Below are positions 12,481 to 26,819 of a DNA stretch of 64,000 nt, piece after piece. The notes under the pieces are model-generated. The model made no database searches and had not been told where the DNA came from. It worked only from the letters and a program-made list of their open reading frames with translations. Each line of letters opens with the position of its first letter. Position 1 is the stretch's first letter. The stretch comes from Octopus sinensis (taxonomy: Eukaryota): positions 52,576,001 to 52,640,000 of the forward strand of contig NC_043014.1 in assembly GCF_006345805.1 (NCBI RefSeq), written 5' to 3'. The position numbers and the translations under genes were made by a program.

Positions 12481-13389
12481 AAATTAGCAGTTTATAGATA
12501 TTTATAATATAATATACACAGATATGGACTCAACTAAACTAGTCAGACTTCTTTGCAAAGACTTAATTAATCCACGATGTCATTGCATGCATTGAATTAT
12601 GCATATCAAACCAACCAGTTTAATTTACAAATAGTTGTAGTTTATACGTAATTCCCCTACAATTGCATTATACAATACGTCCCCCTGTTTTTAAGAAGGT
12701 ATGCTGAGAGTTGAGGGAAATTTTGTTATTTCTAGAAGATCGAACGACCATGTAGCGGCTTCTTCGTTATCTCGAATCTTAGTCGTTGTTATTTGTTGTT
12801 TGGCCTACCGGATCAAATCCATTATCAAAACATTTCTGCCATAACCTCTCAATAACCTCATTAGATATTCTAACGCTTCTTTTCAGTTTAAGAACCGGAG
12901 AGTAAGGTGAAGAAGTAATTTTCCTTTCAAATCTGCAAACTATTGAAGTGTTGTTATAGTAAAGAGTTGGTTTATCGAATATAGCCTTACAAGTTCGATG
13001 ATTGAGCAAATTACAGATAACACGTCTACGAATGCTACTTTGTGTGTGTGTGAGTGTGCGCGCTCGCATATATATATATCTCGCGCGTGTGTGTCTATGT
13101 GCATGTATATATATGTACATATTCTCTCATACACACATAGACATGTGATCAGATAGGTGGGGCAAAACAAGGGGACGAAAGTATTTCTCGATTACGAATA
13201 GTTGAGTAAAACAGTATTTTACTGACGCTGAAAGACTTCACAAGTTGTTAGGCTTTCCCACATCCATTCGTCATGTTTGTTTATATATACGTATGTATGA
13301 ATATATGTATATGTATATGTGTGTGTGTGTGCGTGTGTGTGCGTGCGCGAGTGTGTGTGAATATATATATGTATATATACATGTATATA

Positions 13390-13455
13390 TATACATGTGT
13401 ACATTCATACATGTATACCTGCATACATACATACATACATGCATACATACATACA

Positions 13456-13489
<34 letters not shown>

Positions 13490-14440
13490 CATACATACAT
13501 ACATACACACACACATACATACATACATACATACATACATACATACATACATACACACACACATACATACATACATACATACATACACACACATACATAC
13601 ATACATACATACATACATACATTCATACATGTATACATACATACATACATACATACATACATACATACATACATACATACATACATACATACATACATAC
13701 ATACATACATACATACACACACACATACATACATACATACATACATACATACATACATACATACATACATACACACACACATACATACATACATACATAC
13801 ATACACACACATACATACATACATACATACATACATACATTCATACATGTATACATACATACATACATACATACGTACATACATACATACATACATACAT
13901 ACATACATACATACATACATACATACATACATACATACATACATACATACATACATACATACACACACATACATACATACATACATACATACATTCATAC
14001 ATGTATACATACATACATACATACATACATACATACATACATACATACATACATACATACATACATACATACACACACATACATACATACATACATACAT
14101 TCATACATGTATACATACATACATACATACATACATACATACATACATACATACATACATACATACATACATACATACATACATGTATACATACATACAT
14201 ACATACATACATACATACATACATACATACATACATACATACATACATACATACATTCATACATACATACATACATACATACATACATACATACATGTAT
14301 ACATACATACATACATACATACATACATACATACATACATACATACATACATACATGTATACATACATACACACATACATACATACATACATACATACAT
14401 ACATACATACATACATACATACATACATACATACATACAT
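13390..14440. repeat. About 1.05 kb (TACA)n satellite with interspersed variant units
   Basis: Directly visible; source of the spurious HTYI and YVCM ORFs. Confidence 0.99.
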
Positions 14441-14568
14441 GGTTCAAAGAAACAGAAAAAAAGAGGCAAGTGAGAGAACAACAAGCGGGTATAACCGTTT
14501 GACCGTCGGCAAAAAAACCCCCAGAAAAGTCTTTGCCGTATCGACTCAGCGCTCTTCGACAGCAAGAG

Positions 14569-14661
<93 letters not shown>

Positions 14662-14724
14662 GATTAATTGTTCCACATGCTGAAATGACCAGAAGAGGCG
14701 CATGCCCGTGTGTGTATGTAAGGA

Positions 14725-14758
<34 letters not shown>

Positions 14759-15071
14759 AAACACATGTGTATAGCAGTTCATATTCACGTATGCCAGTGT
14801 CGTATGCGCATGCGTGTATGTATCTTTGTGCTTGTGTATGTTTGTGCTGGAAGTATGTGTTTCTGGCTCAAGTGTGTGTGTGAGACACAGTAGTTTGCGT
14901 GTGTATTGTGCGTGTTTTATGCGTTTTATGTGTGTGTAGTGGTATTGGGGAGGTAGGAACCGATGTGACAGCATGATGGAGAGCGAGGGCAGGAGCCAAG
15001 CTGGAGACCAGGAATGGAGAAGAAACTACGAACTAGTAGGTCATGTAGATTATACATACATTTATATACAT

Positions 15072-15153
<82 letters not shown>

Positions 15154-15639
15154 CGTGTCTTTATTTGGCCCAAAAAAAGACCGTCCCGAAATAATATATA
15201 TATTATTGTGTTTGGGGAGAGTATTCTCTTTTAGTACCTTATTGTTTAACACACTCGCTGGTTCGATTTCCACTCATTTACTTCTTTTTTTTTTTAATTT
15301 TCGTTGCATCTTGCAAACTTTTCGATAGTCGTTGATTCTGTCCGTTATAAGAGCTGCGATCTTTTCGTTTGTTTGTTCATCCCAAATTTTATTTAATTTG
15401 TTTTGCGGGAAGGATTGTTTCAACGAAGTCGCGTATTGTCCTTACCTTAGGAAACGCGGAGTAGATGAAATGGGGACAACTGGTGAAGGGGAATATTCTT
15501 TACGCTGCATGTCTCATTTCTCTGTTTTTTTTTCTTTTTGTAGCACCCACCACTGGCCTCAGTGGCACCCACCACCGACTCATTTACCGACTCATCACCT
15601 ACATTTCATTACCTACATTTCATTACCTACATTTCATTA

Positions 15640-15920
15640 CCTACATTTCATCTACTGTACTTCCTAATTTTTTCTGTCCTTCCCTGTACATTGGTCAAAC
15701 GGGCCACCACTTAGTCAACCGGTTCACTGAACATTTCCGAGACATCTGACTTGGCAATGACACCCAACTTCTCGCTACTTCCGCTCAACCGGTCATTCAC
15801 TACAACATCTGTCCATGTTTGGACTGTCTTTGCACAGAAGCCACCCAAGGTCTCGTCTCCGCCGGAAACAAGATTTGATTTTCCCTCCTCATTCCTTTGC
15901 TCTTAATGGTCTTAATTTGT
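15640..15920 (+). mobile_element. Penelope-like GIY-YIG endonuclease C-terminal fragment
   Basis: CPSLYIGQTGHHLVNRFTEHFRDI, followed by a C/A-rich low-complexity tail to about 16760. Confidence 0.85.
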
Positions 15921-16970
15921 CACCTCTCTTCATTTAAAACCTACCCTACTCACATTCACACACCTTCCACTTTCCACTGCCCTTCCTCCTCCACCCCACA
16001 ACTGTACACGGTGTAAGTCAGTACAATCACAACACAACATTATACAAACATCCACACGCATTGTTCAACTCAGTACCCACACCATACACCATTATACACA
16101 TATCGACACACACTCAGATTCACATGCTCTTACACACACACACACCTTGCCACTCCATACACTAGCACCCAATGCCTCCCAATCCCACTTCGCACCTCCA
16201 TGCGTTCCCTCACCACACAATATTCACTCATAACAACACACAATACAGACGCACATAACAGGCATAAACACATACAACTTTCGCACATAAACACACGCAT
16301 ACGTTAGGGTCACACACATACACACATACTTCATGCCCTAATACACACACATATACGTACACTACTCGAACAAGCACACATTAACTGCTACACACAAACG
16401 TTTGCACGCATGCACACACACATAGACAGACACCTGATAGCCTCACGCACACGTACTGTGCACAGCTTCACACGCATATACACTCGTTCGTACACACACA
16501 TACACGATACACGGAACGTATCTCACTCCACACAACGCACGCACTAGTTTACTTATGTACATACACACACACGCTCCCATACACACACAGAGGCTCACAG
16601 AATTTTAAGCTCATACGACATACATTCACACGCGCTCGTTCCCTCTCACATACCATTCTTACATACACACGCGCACTTCCGCACCCCAGTTCAGCTAAGT
16701 CACCGTTATTATCTCCCCTACATACAGCCCCTTTCTTCCGGTCATTTCTTCATGTTAAACCGTTAATCTCTACACATTTTATCTCTCTCTTCATATATCT
16801 CTCTAGTCATTCATCGTTCTCTCTTCATTTTATCCTTCTTCCATTCCCGTTTTTCGAAGAGGTAGTCTCGAAAGGTCAAAGACTTTTCCATTCTTCCCGA
16901 GCGTCAAACTACTACACCTGCCTGTTGTTCCTTCACCTGTCTTCGTCTTTTGCTTTCTGTAAATTTGAAC

Positions 16971-17078
<108 letters not shown>

Positions 17079-17109
17079 TGTGTCTGTGTCTGTCTGTCTG
17101 TCTGTCTGT

Positions 17110-17480
17110 CTGAAACAACTCTTTGGCCAATTCCCAACAAGAAAGTCAGTTGGAAGGCCACTTCGAAGACAGACTGAAAGACAATCTGAAGCGATGCAAC
17201 ATTCCCTTTTCTTCCAGCTTCTACTCAGTTCAAAGATTTGAGCAAAATCAACTCCAGCATCGGGACCAACTTCGTGCAAGCATGAAGACACACTTGCAAA
17301 ACGCCACTCTAAATAAAAGCCTTATCTATCGTTGTGGTTTTGTGGCATAAACCACTCAAGAAAATACGTCCACTCAAGAAAATACGTAGTAAATGACCCA
17401 CGAGTACTCGAGCAAACTGAGTCCTCAACTTGTTCTATTTGGCAAAAGACTTGAGAGGCACCAGTAAGCCTCAAGAGATA
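17110..17480 (+). mobile_element. RTE LINE ORF2 C-terminal fragment
   Basis: KQLFGQFPTRKSVGRP followed by FEDRLKDNLKRCNI. Confidence 0.65.
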
Positions 17481-17524
17481 CATGCTTGTCAATAGAACAT
17501 AATTACCGCTTTATTTTAAAAACG

Positions 17525-17829
17525 ATAAACGTCGCCCTTTTCAAGCCTACCCAAGCTTGTTGGCCCGGTTTCCCGGTTTCTGTGTTCCCTCACCCCAGCT
17601 GGACGGGACGCCAGTCCATCGCAGCGTTACTCAAGAAACAGTGAGAGAGAGAGAGAAAGTTGTGGCGAAAGGGTACAACAAGAGTCGCCACGACCCCCTG
17701 CCGGAGACTCGTGGAGCTTTTTAGGTGTTTTCGCTCAATAAACACACACAACGCCCGGTCTGGGAATCGAAACCGCGATCCTCCGACTGCGAGTCCGCTG
17801 CTCTAACCACTGGGCAATTGCGCCTCCAC
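17525..17829 (-). mobile_element. tRNA-headed SINE with a V-domain-like core
   Basis: Head ggcgcaattgcccagtggttagagcagcggactcg...ggtttcgattccc (A and B boxes). Core ctgcgatggactggcgtcccgtccag at 17599-17624. Confidence 0.75.
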
Positions 17830-17871
17830 ACCGCTTTATTTTACTGATACATATATATTTTTTCTTTACAG

Positions 17872-17926
17872 GTGACACTGATTTTTGCAATACAATCGTT
17901 TCTCAAGTAGCGGAGAAGTTCAATAA
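17872..17926 (+). CDS. PDE9A: PDE9A-like exon (GDTDFCNTIVSQVAEKFN)
   Basis: tttctttacag acceptor, gtaagt donor, 55 bp. SQVAEKF matches PDE9A AQVAEQF. Confidence 0.88.
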
Positions 17927-18289
17927 GTAAGTTTAACGTATTGGTGATCCATATTTTGAATGCTTGCCAGTAATGTGATTGTTTTGAATTTTGTATGGAA
18001 ATCCTGTTATGCCGGTCTTATGTTATATTTTATAAATCAGTTCAAAGACCAGATGCCGTTTCCACGACATTCAGCAAATCCTATGCAAGGCCGAGGGCCA
18101 TAACACAACTGATATTCAGTTTTAATTGCAACGTGTTTGATTAAGCAACATACAAAATAAATACTTGGTTTATTGAAACGGATATAGGTACATAGACTTT
18201 AGTATGTGTATGCGTGTCTACTTATAAATGTATGATGCTGTATATGTAGTATGTATAAATGAGTGTGTGTAAATGACTGTATGTATGTC

Positions 18290-20175
18290 TCTTCTATTTT
18301 TTAATTATTATAAATATTCCACTGAAGAGGGAGCAGGTTTCCAACAAAGATACAAGGCTCCATCTTTGGGATGTATCGTAGTTAACACAGACAAACTTAC
18401 ATTTGGAACTTGAGAAAACTCTTGCATATTTTTACTGTTCCACTCACAGATTGCACTTGTAATGTATGAATCAGCTGGGCAATTGCTCTTTCTGAAAATC
18501 CCAGTTTATCCTGAGTCTCCTTTAAGCATTTACTAACAAAACCTAGTGTTCCGATCATTATTGGTATGAATATGAATTCATATTCTGGATAGAGAAGCTG
18601 GAGGTTTCAAAGCAGTTATCTATAGATATCCTTTTTTTCTTTGATTTTCAAAGAGATATTTATATCTGCAGGGCAGCCAGCCTCTCTGACAGGGCATATC
18701 TTTGCCCCTCTGTCCCAAACAACAATATCCAGCCTGTTCTGCTTACATTTAACAGACGTTTTGAGGGGAATATTCCACCAGTATTCCATGAGTTGGTGTT
18801 TATGAATGTATTCCGAAACAGAGGAATTTTCTAAGTTTATTTCAGGACAGGCTTTTTTGTAGATGGCGTTGTAAAAAGGTTTTAGCGACAACATCGTGCC
18901 GCATTGGGACACATTTTAGGACAGCTGCTAATCATATGTATGATGTCTTCCACAGAAACATGACATAGCTTACACATGCGGTTGCACCTTGAGATTACAA
19001 GAGCATCACTGTGTCTCTTGTTCACCAGGTACTTTGTGGCAATCTCCTGTTCCTGGATTGCAAACACAAAGCCTTCAAAGTGTGATGTGATGTAGTGGTC
19101 TTGTGTCCAAGAGAGGCTGTGCTTTGTGTCAATTCTACCGTCATCTTCAAGCTTCTGGGCAACATACCCATGCATAGTCTTTTTTTTTCTTTTTGTATGC
19201 TGAATGCTTTCCATTCAGGTCGTCTCTGAGTTAAGAGAGCCCAGCTGTTTTGGGGCTGTATAGGAGATCACCTGGAAGAGAGTGCTTCTTGAGGAGCTCA
19301 CCGCCAACTCGTACAATGTTGCTCACCTCACTTTTCAGCACTGCATTTATATATTTATTTTTGCTGTTATTGTTCAGGAGGTGCAGCTTGAGTGATACCA
19401 TACAGCATTCGAAAGCCTTCTGTAATGATCTCAGGCTTCTACCACCTTCGCTTTTTCTTAGGTAGAGCCAGTCAACATTACTGTTTCTGTGGAAGTTCCC
19501 AATTGTTGTCAGGATTTTGCGGTTTTTTATATTTATGGAGTGGATTTCCTCTACAGACCAATCAAGTATCCCAAATATTAGGATTAGCACTGTGCTACAA
19601 ATGCATTGTGGGATATTGTTTTGTTGTAAGAGGAGAGTTGTAATTGTCATATTTTCCCAAGTCTGGTGTAATATTCTCGGGTCACTCTATCTTTATTCAC
19701 AGTGCCTTCATATGATACATTTTCATCTATGCCTAGGTACTAGTAACATTCTTTGTGAGGAATGGGAAGATAGAGAGACCGTTGATGCACAGGTTTGGGG
19801 TTTGGAGGACTGACTTTCCTCGTTCTATAACCAAATATGAACCTTTCTTTTCGCCAAATTCCACGCCTATATCAGCTGAAACTGTTATTAGTTTCAGTTG
19901 CTTCTTTGGCATTGTTAACACTTTTAGCATAAATCTTGAGGTCGTCTACAAAGAAATTATGAGATACATTGATATTTCTAGCAGTTGAAGATCTTAGCAT
20001 GTAACCGTTTGTTTTCTGCAGTAGGAACGAAAATGGATTCAGTGTCAAAATGAAAAGAAGTACAGAAAACCTATCTTCCGGGAATATTCCCTTTGAAATG
20101 CCTATATTATCTGAAATAATTATTCTGTTCTCAGTTGGAAGGGCGAGATTGTTTTCTATGTCTTTGTGAGTCTCG
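18290..20175 (-). mobile_element. 5'-truncated R4/Dong-like (RLE) LINE, subfamily B copy 1
   Basis: RT motifs KGIFPEDRFSVLLF and SHNFFVDDLKIYA, GGRSL, FEGFVFAIQEQEI, CCHC CKLC..EDIIHMISSCP, RHD and a PD-D/ExK-type RLE region. Many stops and frameshifts. Confidence 0.9.
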
Positions 20176-20313
20176 TCTATGTATGTATATTTGTATGTAT
20201 GTATGTATGTATGTATGTATGTATGTATGTATGTATGTATGTATGTATGTATGTATGTATGTATGTTTGTATGTATGTATGTATGTATGTGTGTATGTAT
20301 GTATGTATGTATG

Positions 20314-20985
20314 TTAGGTCACTTTCGAGTGCTACTGGTAACATGTAACCCAGAACAACCTGTTGCATGGTCGGGCCGTCGGCGACTATACCGGCAACCC
20401 CACCAAGCTTGCTTGCTGAGGAGGGTGATTATTGGACACCCTGCGGGATGAAAACAAAACCCGTCAAAGGGCGGAGGAACTCTTGAGAGTTAACGGCCAT
20501 CCGATAAATGTGCATTTTTTTTTTCTCTTAAGGCTTAAGGCTGTATCATGCGCGGGGACATAGAAATAATCAGACTGAATATCCGATCGCGCGGTTAAAC
20601 CATTGGGATTGGAGGACTCCTAGCCTTTGTTAGGGCATCCTCCTAGGAGAAGGTAACTCAGGTAACTGGGATAACTCCGACATAAAACCTGCGGCGCAGT
20701 GGTTACCGATGATGTTGACTCGTTCTTCTTTTCGGATTATGGCAGCTGTTGCTTAGTGAGTGGAATTGACTCTGTACACAGCCTTTCCTCACTTTAAAAA
20801 AAATCTTCTTGCACAGGCATTGCACGATAACAACATTGTTCATGATTGTTGATGGTGCTGTGAGTCTCAACTGAATGGTTGGATGTAGCCTTAAAAAGCA
20901 AATAAAAGTCACATTCGATCACAGCACCAATAACAGTTAAGCTTCGTGCAATGGCCATACTCGATAACGTGGGGCAGCCATCATC
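20314..20985 (+). mobile_element. Non-coding, non-autonomous element of about 670 bp flanked by (TATG)n, with an RTE-like 5'UTR signature
   Basis: Second copy at 501-843. ctaggagaaggtaactc..ataaaacc resembles RTE leaders (recalled, not verified). No ORF. Confidence 0.6.
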
Positions 20986-21056
20986 TATGTATGTATGTAT
21001 GTATGTATGTATGTATGTATGTATGTATGTATGTATGTATGTATGTATGTATGTGC

Positions 21057-22440
21057 AGATTTACATGTTTTATGTATTCTCATGCTTATAGTTATATATC
21101 TAGACATTATCATATGTAATTAAATGATAAGCTTCAGGAAAGTTTTACAGATATTTACAGTTCCAGTGATGGATTGGGTCTGTAGTCTTCGAATTAGCTT
21201 TCTCCTTTCTGGTTTTGAGAAGCCTAATTTCTCAAGATTGGTATTTAGGCAGTGTATTACATATCCCAGGACCCCAATAATTACAGTTATAAACCTGAAC
21301 TTGTAATCTGGATAAAGTCACTGCAGATTTCTCAATAGTTCAGCGTTGGTGTTCTCTTTTTCACTGATCTTCAGCTTTGTTAACATCCACTGAGCAGCTA
21401 ATTTCCACAACTGTGCACAGTCTCTCTTCTCTATCTCAAATCATTATATCAGGTATTTTGTGCTTACATTTTAATGAGGTCTTCACTGGTACATTCTACT
21501 AGTATTCCTATTCATTATGACTGACTATGGCTTCTACCATATTATGGGTTTTTATTTCTTTATCCTCAAGATTGTCCTTCCGACGGAATTTCATTATAGA
21601 ATGTACTAGCTACAACGATATGTCTCATTGGTAGATGATACCGTGGTGACATTTTCGGACAACTGCTTATGATGTGGGTGATATTTTCAGCGTGAACTCC
21701 ACAAAATCTGCATCGGTTGTCACATTTTACGGCTTTTCCTGTATCTCTATCCTTTGTGTGCATCAGGTACTTGGTTTATATTTCCTGTTCCTGGATTGCA
21801 AACGCATACCCTTCAAAGTGGAAGGTTGTAATTCGGCTGTTGGTCTATGATAAACTGCTTTGATGATCATTGTTACTATCATCACGGAGTTTTCTACTAA
21901 CAAATCCATGCATAATCTTCTGCTCATATAGGCTTATCCTTTCATATGATAATACGTTGCGGTAGAGTCGTGCAACTTCTTTGGGTATGTATTCTAGGTT
22001 ATCAGACAAAAAGTGTTGCTCAACGAAATGCCTTTCAAGTCTTATGATGTTATCAGCCTCATGTATGCAAACTTGGTCTAGGGATGCACTTCCACGCTTG
22101 GTGGTTAAAAGATGTCGCCGAAGGGATATCATGCAACATTCAAAGGCATCTTTATGCACATATTAAAATTAATCTCATTCTAATAATGGGACGAGCACTT
22201 AACCTTCATCCTTCACGTTCATATTTGCATAAAGGACATTCTTTTCTCAAACAAATTGTAAGTCATACTCGAGGCTCCGATTAAGCTACAAAGGGTTACT
22301 CAGGCACTGAATTCTAAGTCCCTTGCATTTTATAACGGAAACAGCTGTAAGCTAATGACGTTTAATTCCTTTGTCATCTCATCTTATTACCGCTCTGTAC
22401 TGGACTAACGCTTCTTTCTGGACCACATCTATACTGAGTT
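21057..22440 (-). mobile_element. 5'-truncated R4/Dong-like LINE, subfamily B copy 2
   Basis: FECCMISLRRHLL and CDNRCRFCGVHAENITHIISSCPKM are homologous to copy 1. The 3' UTR runs directly into (CATA)n. Confidence 0.88.
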
Positions 22441-22457
22441 CTACACCAATTTATTAG

Positions 22458-22593
<136 letters not shown>

Positions 22594-22809
22594 CATACAT
22601 ACATACATACATACATACATACATACACACATACATACAAGGAATGCAGAAAATGGGGATGGAGATAAAACTGATGAATAACAATTGATTTACATCAATT
22701 ATCATTTATTAATTACAAAAAGACAGAATCTCAACTTACAGCTGTTTCTGTTAGCGCGATTCCCAGGCTTAACCACCACAATAACAATATTAATAATAAT
22801 AATAATAAT

Positions 22810-24478
<1,669 letters not shown>

Positions 24479-24492
24479 TAGTAATAATAGTT

Positions 24493-25325
24493 ATCATTGT
24501 AAGTAATCAATTATACCAATTTGAATCGCGGAATTTCATCAGAGCGAAAAAGTAAAAAAAAAAACTAAAAAGAAAAAGGAGAAAGTGAGAAAACGGTGAT
24601 AATCAATTCATGCTACATGCTGATCCACTGCAAAACTTTCGATGGATAGTTATAATATCTAGTGGTTCATTCCTATATACGGGGTGAAGGCGTGGGTTAA
24701 GCAATTTGGTTAGGTTAAAAAATAAAATAAAAAGCAAGAGATATAATTAGAAATATCGGTAGTTATAGAACTAAATGATTTGACTATAATTTATTATTGA
24801 TTGATTTCGTATGTATATTATTTATTATTATAAGTAGGCAGTATACCTGAAAGAACCCCGGGTCAGGAGTAGGACTGGTCTGGACAGTAGTAAGAGGATA
24901 CCATTGGTCAGTTCTTTCAGGTATACTGCCTACTTATAATAATAAATAATATACATACGAAATCAATCAATAATAAATTATAGTCAAATCATTTAGTTCT
25001 ATAACTACCGATATTTCTAATTATATCTCTTGCTTTTTATTTTATTTTTTAACCTAACCAAATTGCTCATATAGTTATTATGTATTTAACCCACGCCTTC
25101 ACCCCGTATATAGGAATGAACCACTAGATATTATAACTATCCCAATTCTACCTCTAAATTCTAGTCGGTCAGTGGATCAGCATGGAGCAGCAACTGATTA
25201 TCAATGTTTTCCCATTTTCTCATTTTTCTTTTTCTTTTTACTTTATTTTTATTTACTTTTCCGCTCTGGTGAAGTTCTGCGATTCAAATCGATAAAATTG
25301 ATTACTTACAATGATAACTATTATT
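24493..25325. repeat. Long inverted repeat (fold-back) with a 54-bp spacer at 24857-24910
   Basis: 24700-24856 is the reverse complement of 24911-25067. The outer arms are diverged and the homology continues at 22650-22790 versus 25330-25465. Confidence 0.95.
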
Positions 25326-25674
25326 ATTATTGTGGTGGTTAAGCCTCGGAATCGCGCTAACAGGAACAGCTGTAAGTTGAGATTCTGTCTTTTTGTAATT
25401 AATTAATAAATGATAATTGATGTAAATCAGTTGTTATTCATCACCTTTATCTCCATTTTCTTCTTTTCTTGAATATTGCTAAACTTCTGTTTATTCTAGT
25501 CATTTCCTAACATTTATGAGCATTAATACCAATGCTCATGATTACATATTGGTAATACACCAGTTGATTCATTGGATACATGTATCCCTTAGACGGTCGT
25601 TATAACCTCTAACTTAACTCATATATATATATATAACCTTGCTATGCTTACTTTTCTTATTCTTTTCTCTACAG

Positions 25675-25745
25675 TGTATTTAAAGTGGAAGAATTCCGGC
25701 AGGAAGTGCATAGCAGAATCTCCTCAATTGAAAAGCGACTTGAGA
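25675..25745 (+). CDS. PDE9A: PDE9A-like exon (VFKVEEFRQEVHSRISSIEKRLE)
   Basis: ttctctacag acceptor, gtaaga donor, 71 bp. Matches [23 protein letters not shown]. Confidence 0.9.
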
Positions 25746-26819
25746 GTAAGAATATCTGTCAGTTTATTTTGCGTTTTAATGTGGTTGCATTTGCAAAGAT
25801 CTTTGTGCTCTAACTAGTGTATGTGATGGTCATAGTTGTGGTGGGGGATGTCCTTTGTGTATAAGCAGACTGATCCGGTAGCTCTTATCATCGTAGACAA
25901 TCGAGCTATGATTTTGCATATCCACAGCTATAGTATAACCATAAATACATTATCCAAGATGTGACAGAAAAACCTAAGACTCACCATCCTTCAGAAATGT
26001 TTCAACAGTGAGCAAAGAGGCAAACTCCAATTCAAACATTATGAAGATTTCATTACCAATTGCTTAACTTCACTAGCGTGTAAAACACTTCTATTTAGTA
26101 ATAGGTTAAAATGTCAGATACCGAAGAGTTGTTAGATGTATCGATTGGATCATGCGACATTGCAGATATCTGCGATCTTGTGGGTCTTTTTGTATTAAAT
26201 ACACTGAGATCCAATTTCGTATCCCACGTGGTTCATCAATACTGAGATTAAGTTTTGGGAATATCTTATGTCTTTGATTATCACTCTTGATAAATTTAGG
26301 AAAATTTTTATTCCATTAAGCTCTCAAATCACCGTTACTACTAATCTGTCAAAAGTCGATTTTTTAATGTTTCCCTAGATTTAAACACCTGCTCTTATAA
26401 AACATATCAGACCGAGAAACTTTCATACATACATAAACAGTCCTGTCACCTCCTGTAGTTTTTAAAAATCTGATAGCTAACATTAGTAATAGGATATTAA
26501 ATCAATCTCTTCCTAAACAATTATTTGTTAAAATAGCCCCCTACTATAACAACGCCCTAGGTAACAGCGGCTTCAAGGATAAGATATTTCACTTTACTAT
26601 TAACTCTTTAAGTAAAAATAAAAATTAATCTAAAAATAGACCTAAAAAGACAATTTGGTCTGCCCCTCCTTTCTCTTTAAATGTTAAGATTAACGAAGGC
26701 AAGAACTTCCTGTTTTGGGGTTTTTTTTTTTGATAAATATTTCTCAATAAATCATAAATACAGGAAAATTTTTAACAGATGCTCAATTAAAATATCATAC
26801 AGCTGCTGACCCAATATGG

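Noticed and set aside
12887-12901. Possible 15-nt microexon (ttttcag..gtaagg)
   Set aside because: In the PDE9 frame it introduces an immediate TAA and has no homology. It cannot be supported without RNA data.
13245-14774. 509-aa, 409-aa and 358-aa ORFs and their antisense YVCM ORFs
   Set aside because: These are translations of the (TACA)n array, which has no stop codons. The same applies to the many IYIY, HTHT and CVCV ORFs across the window.
17770-17829. tRNA gene
   Set aside because: It is a SINE head: A and B boxes are present but the cloverleaf is imperfect and it continues into a SINE body. The same holds for the family A and B heads.
22668-22700. CTGATGA on the + strand as a hammerhead core
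   Set aside because: No stem II-GAAA-NUH follows. Other isolated CTGANGA hits (2490, 4553, 18321, 32188, 37050, 55650) also fail.
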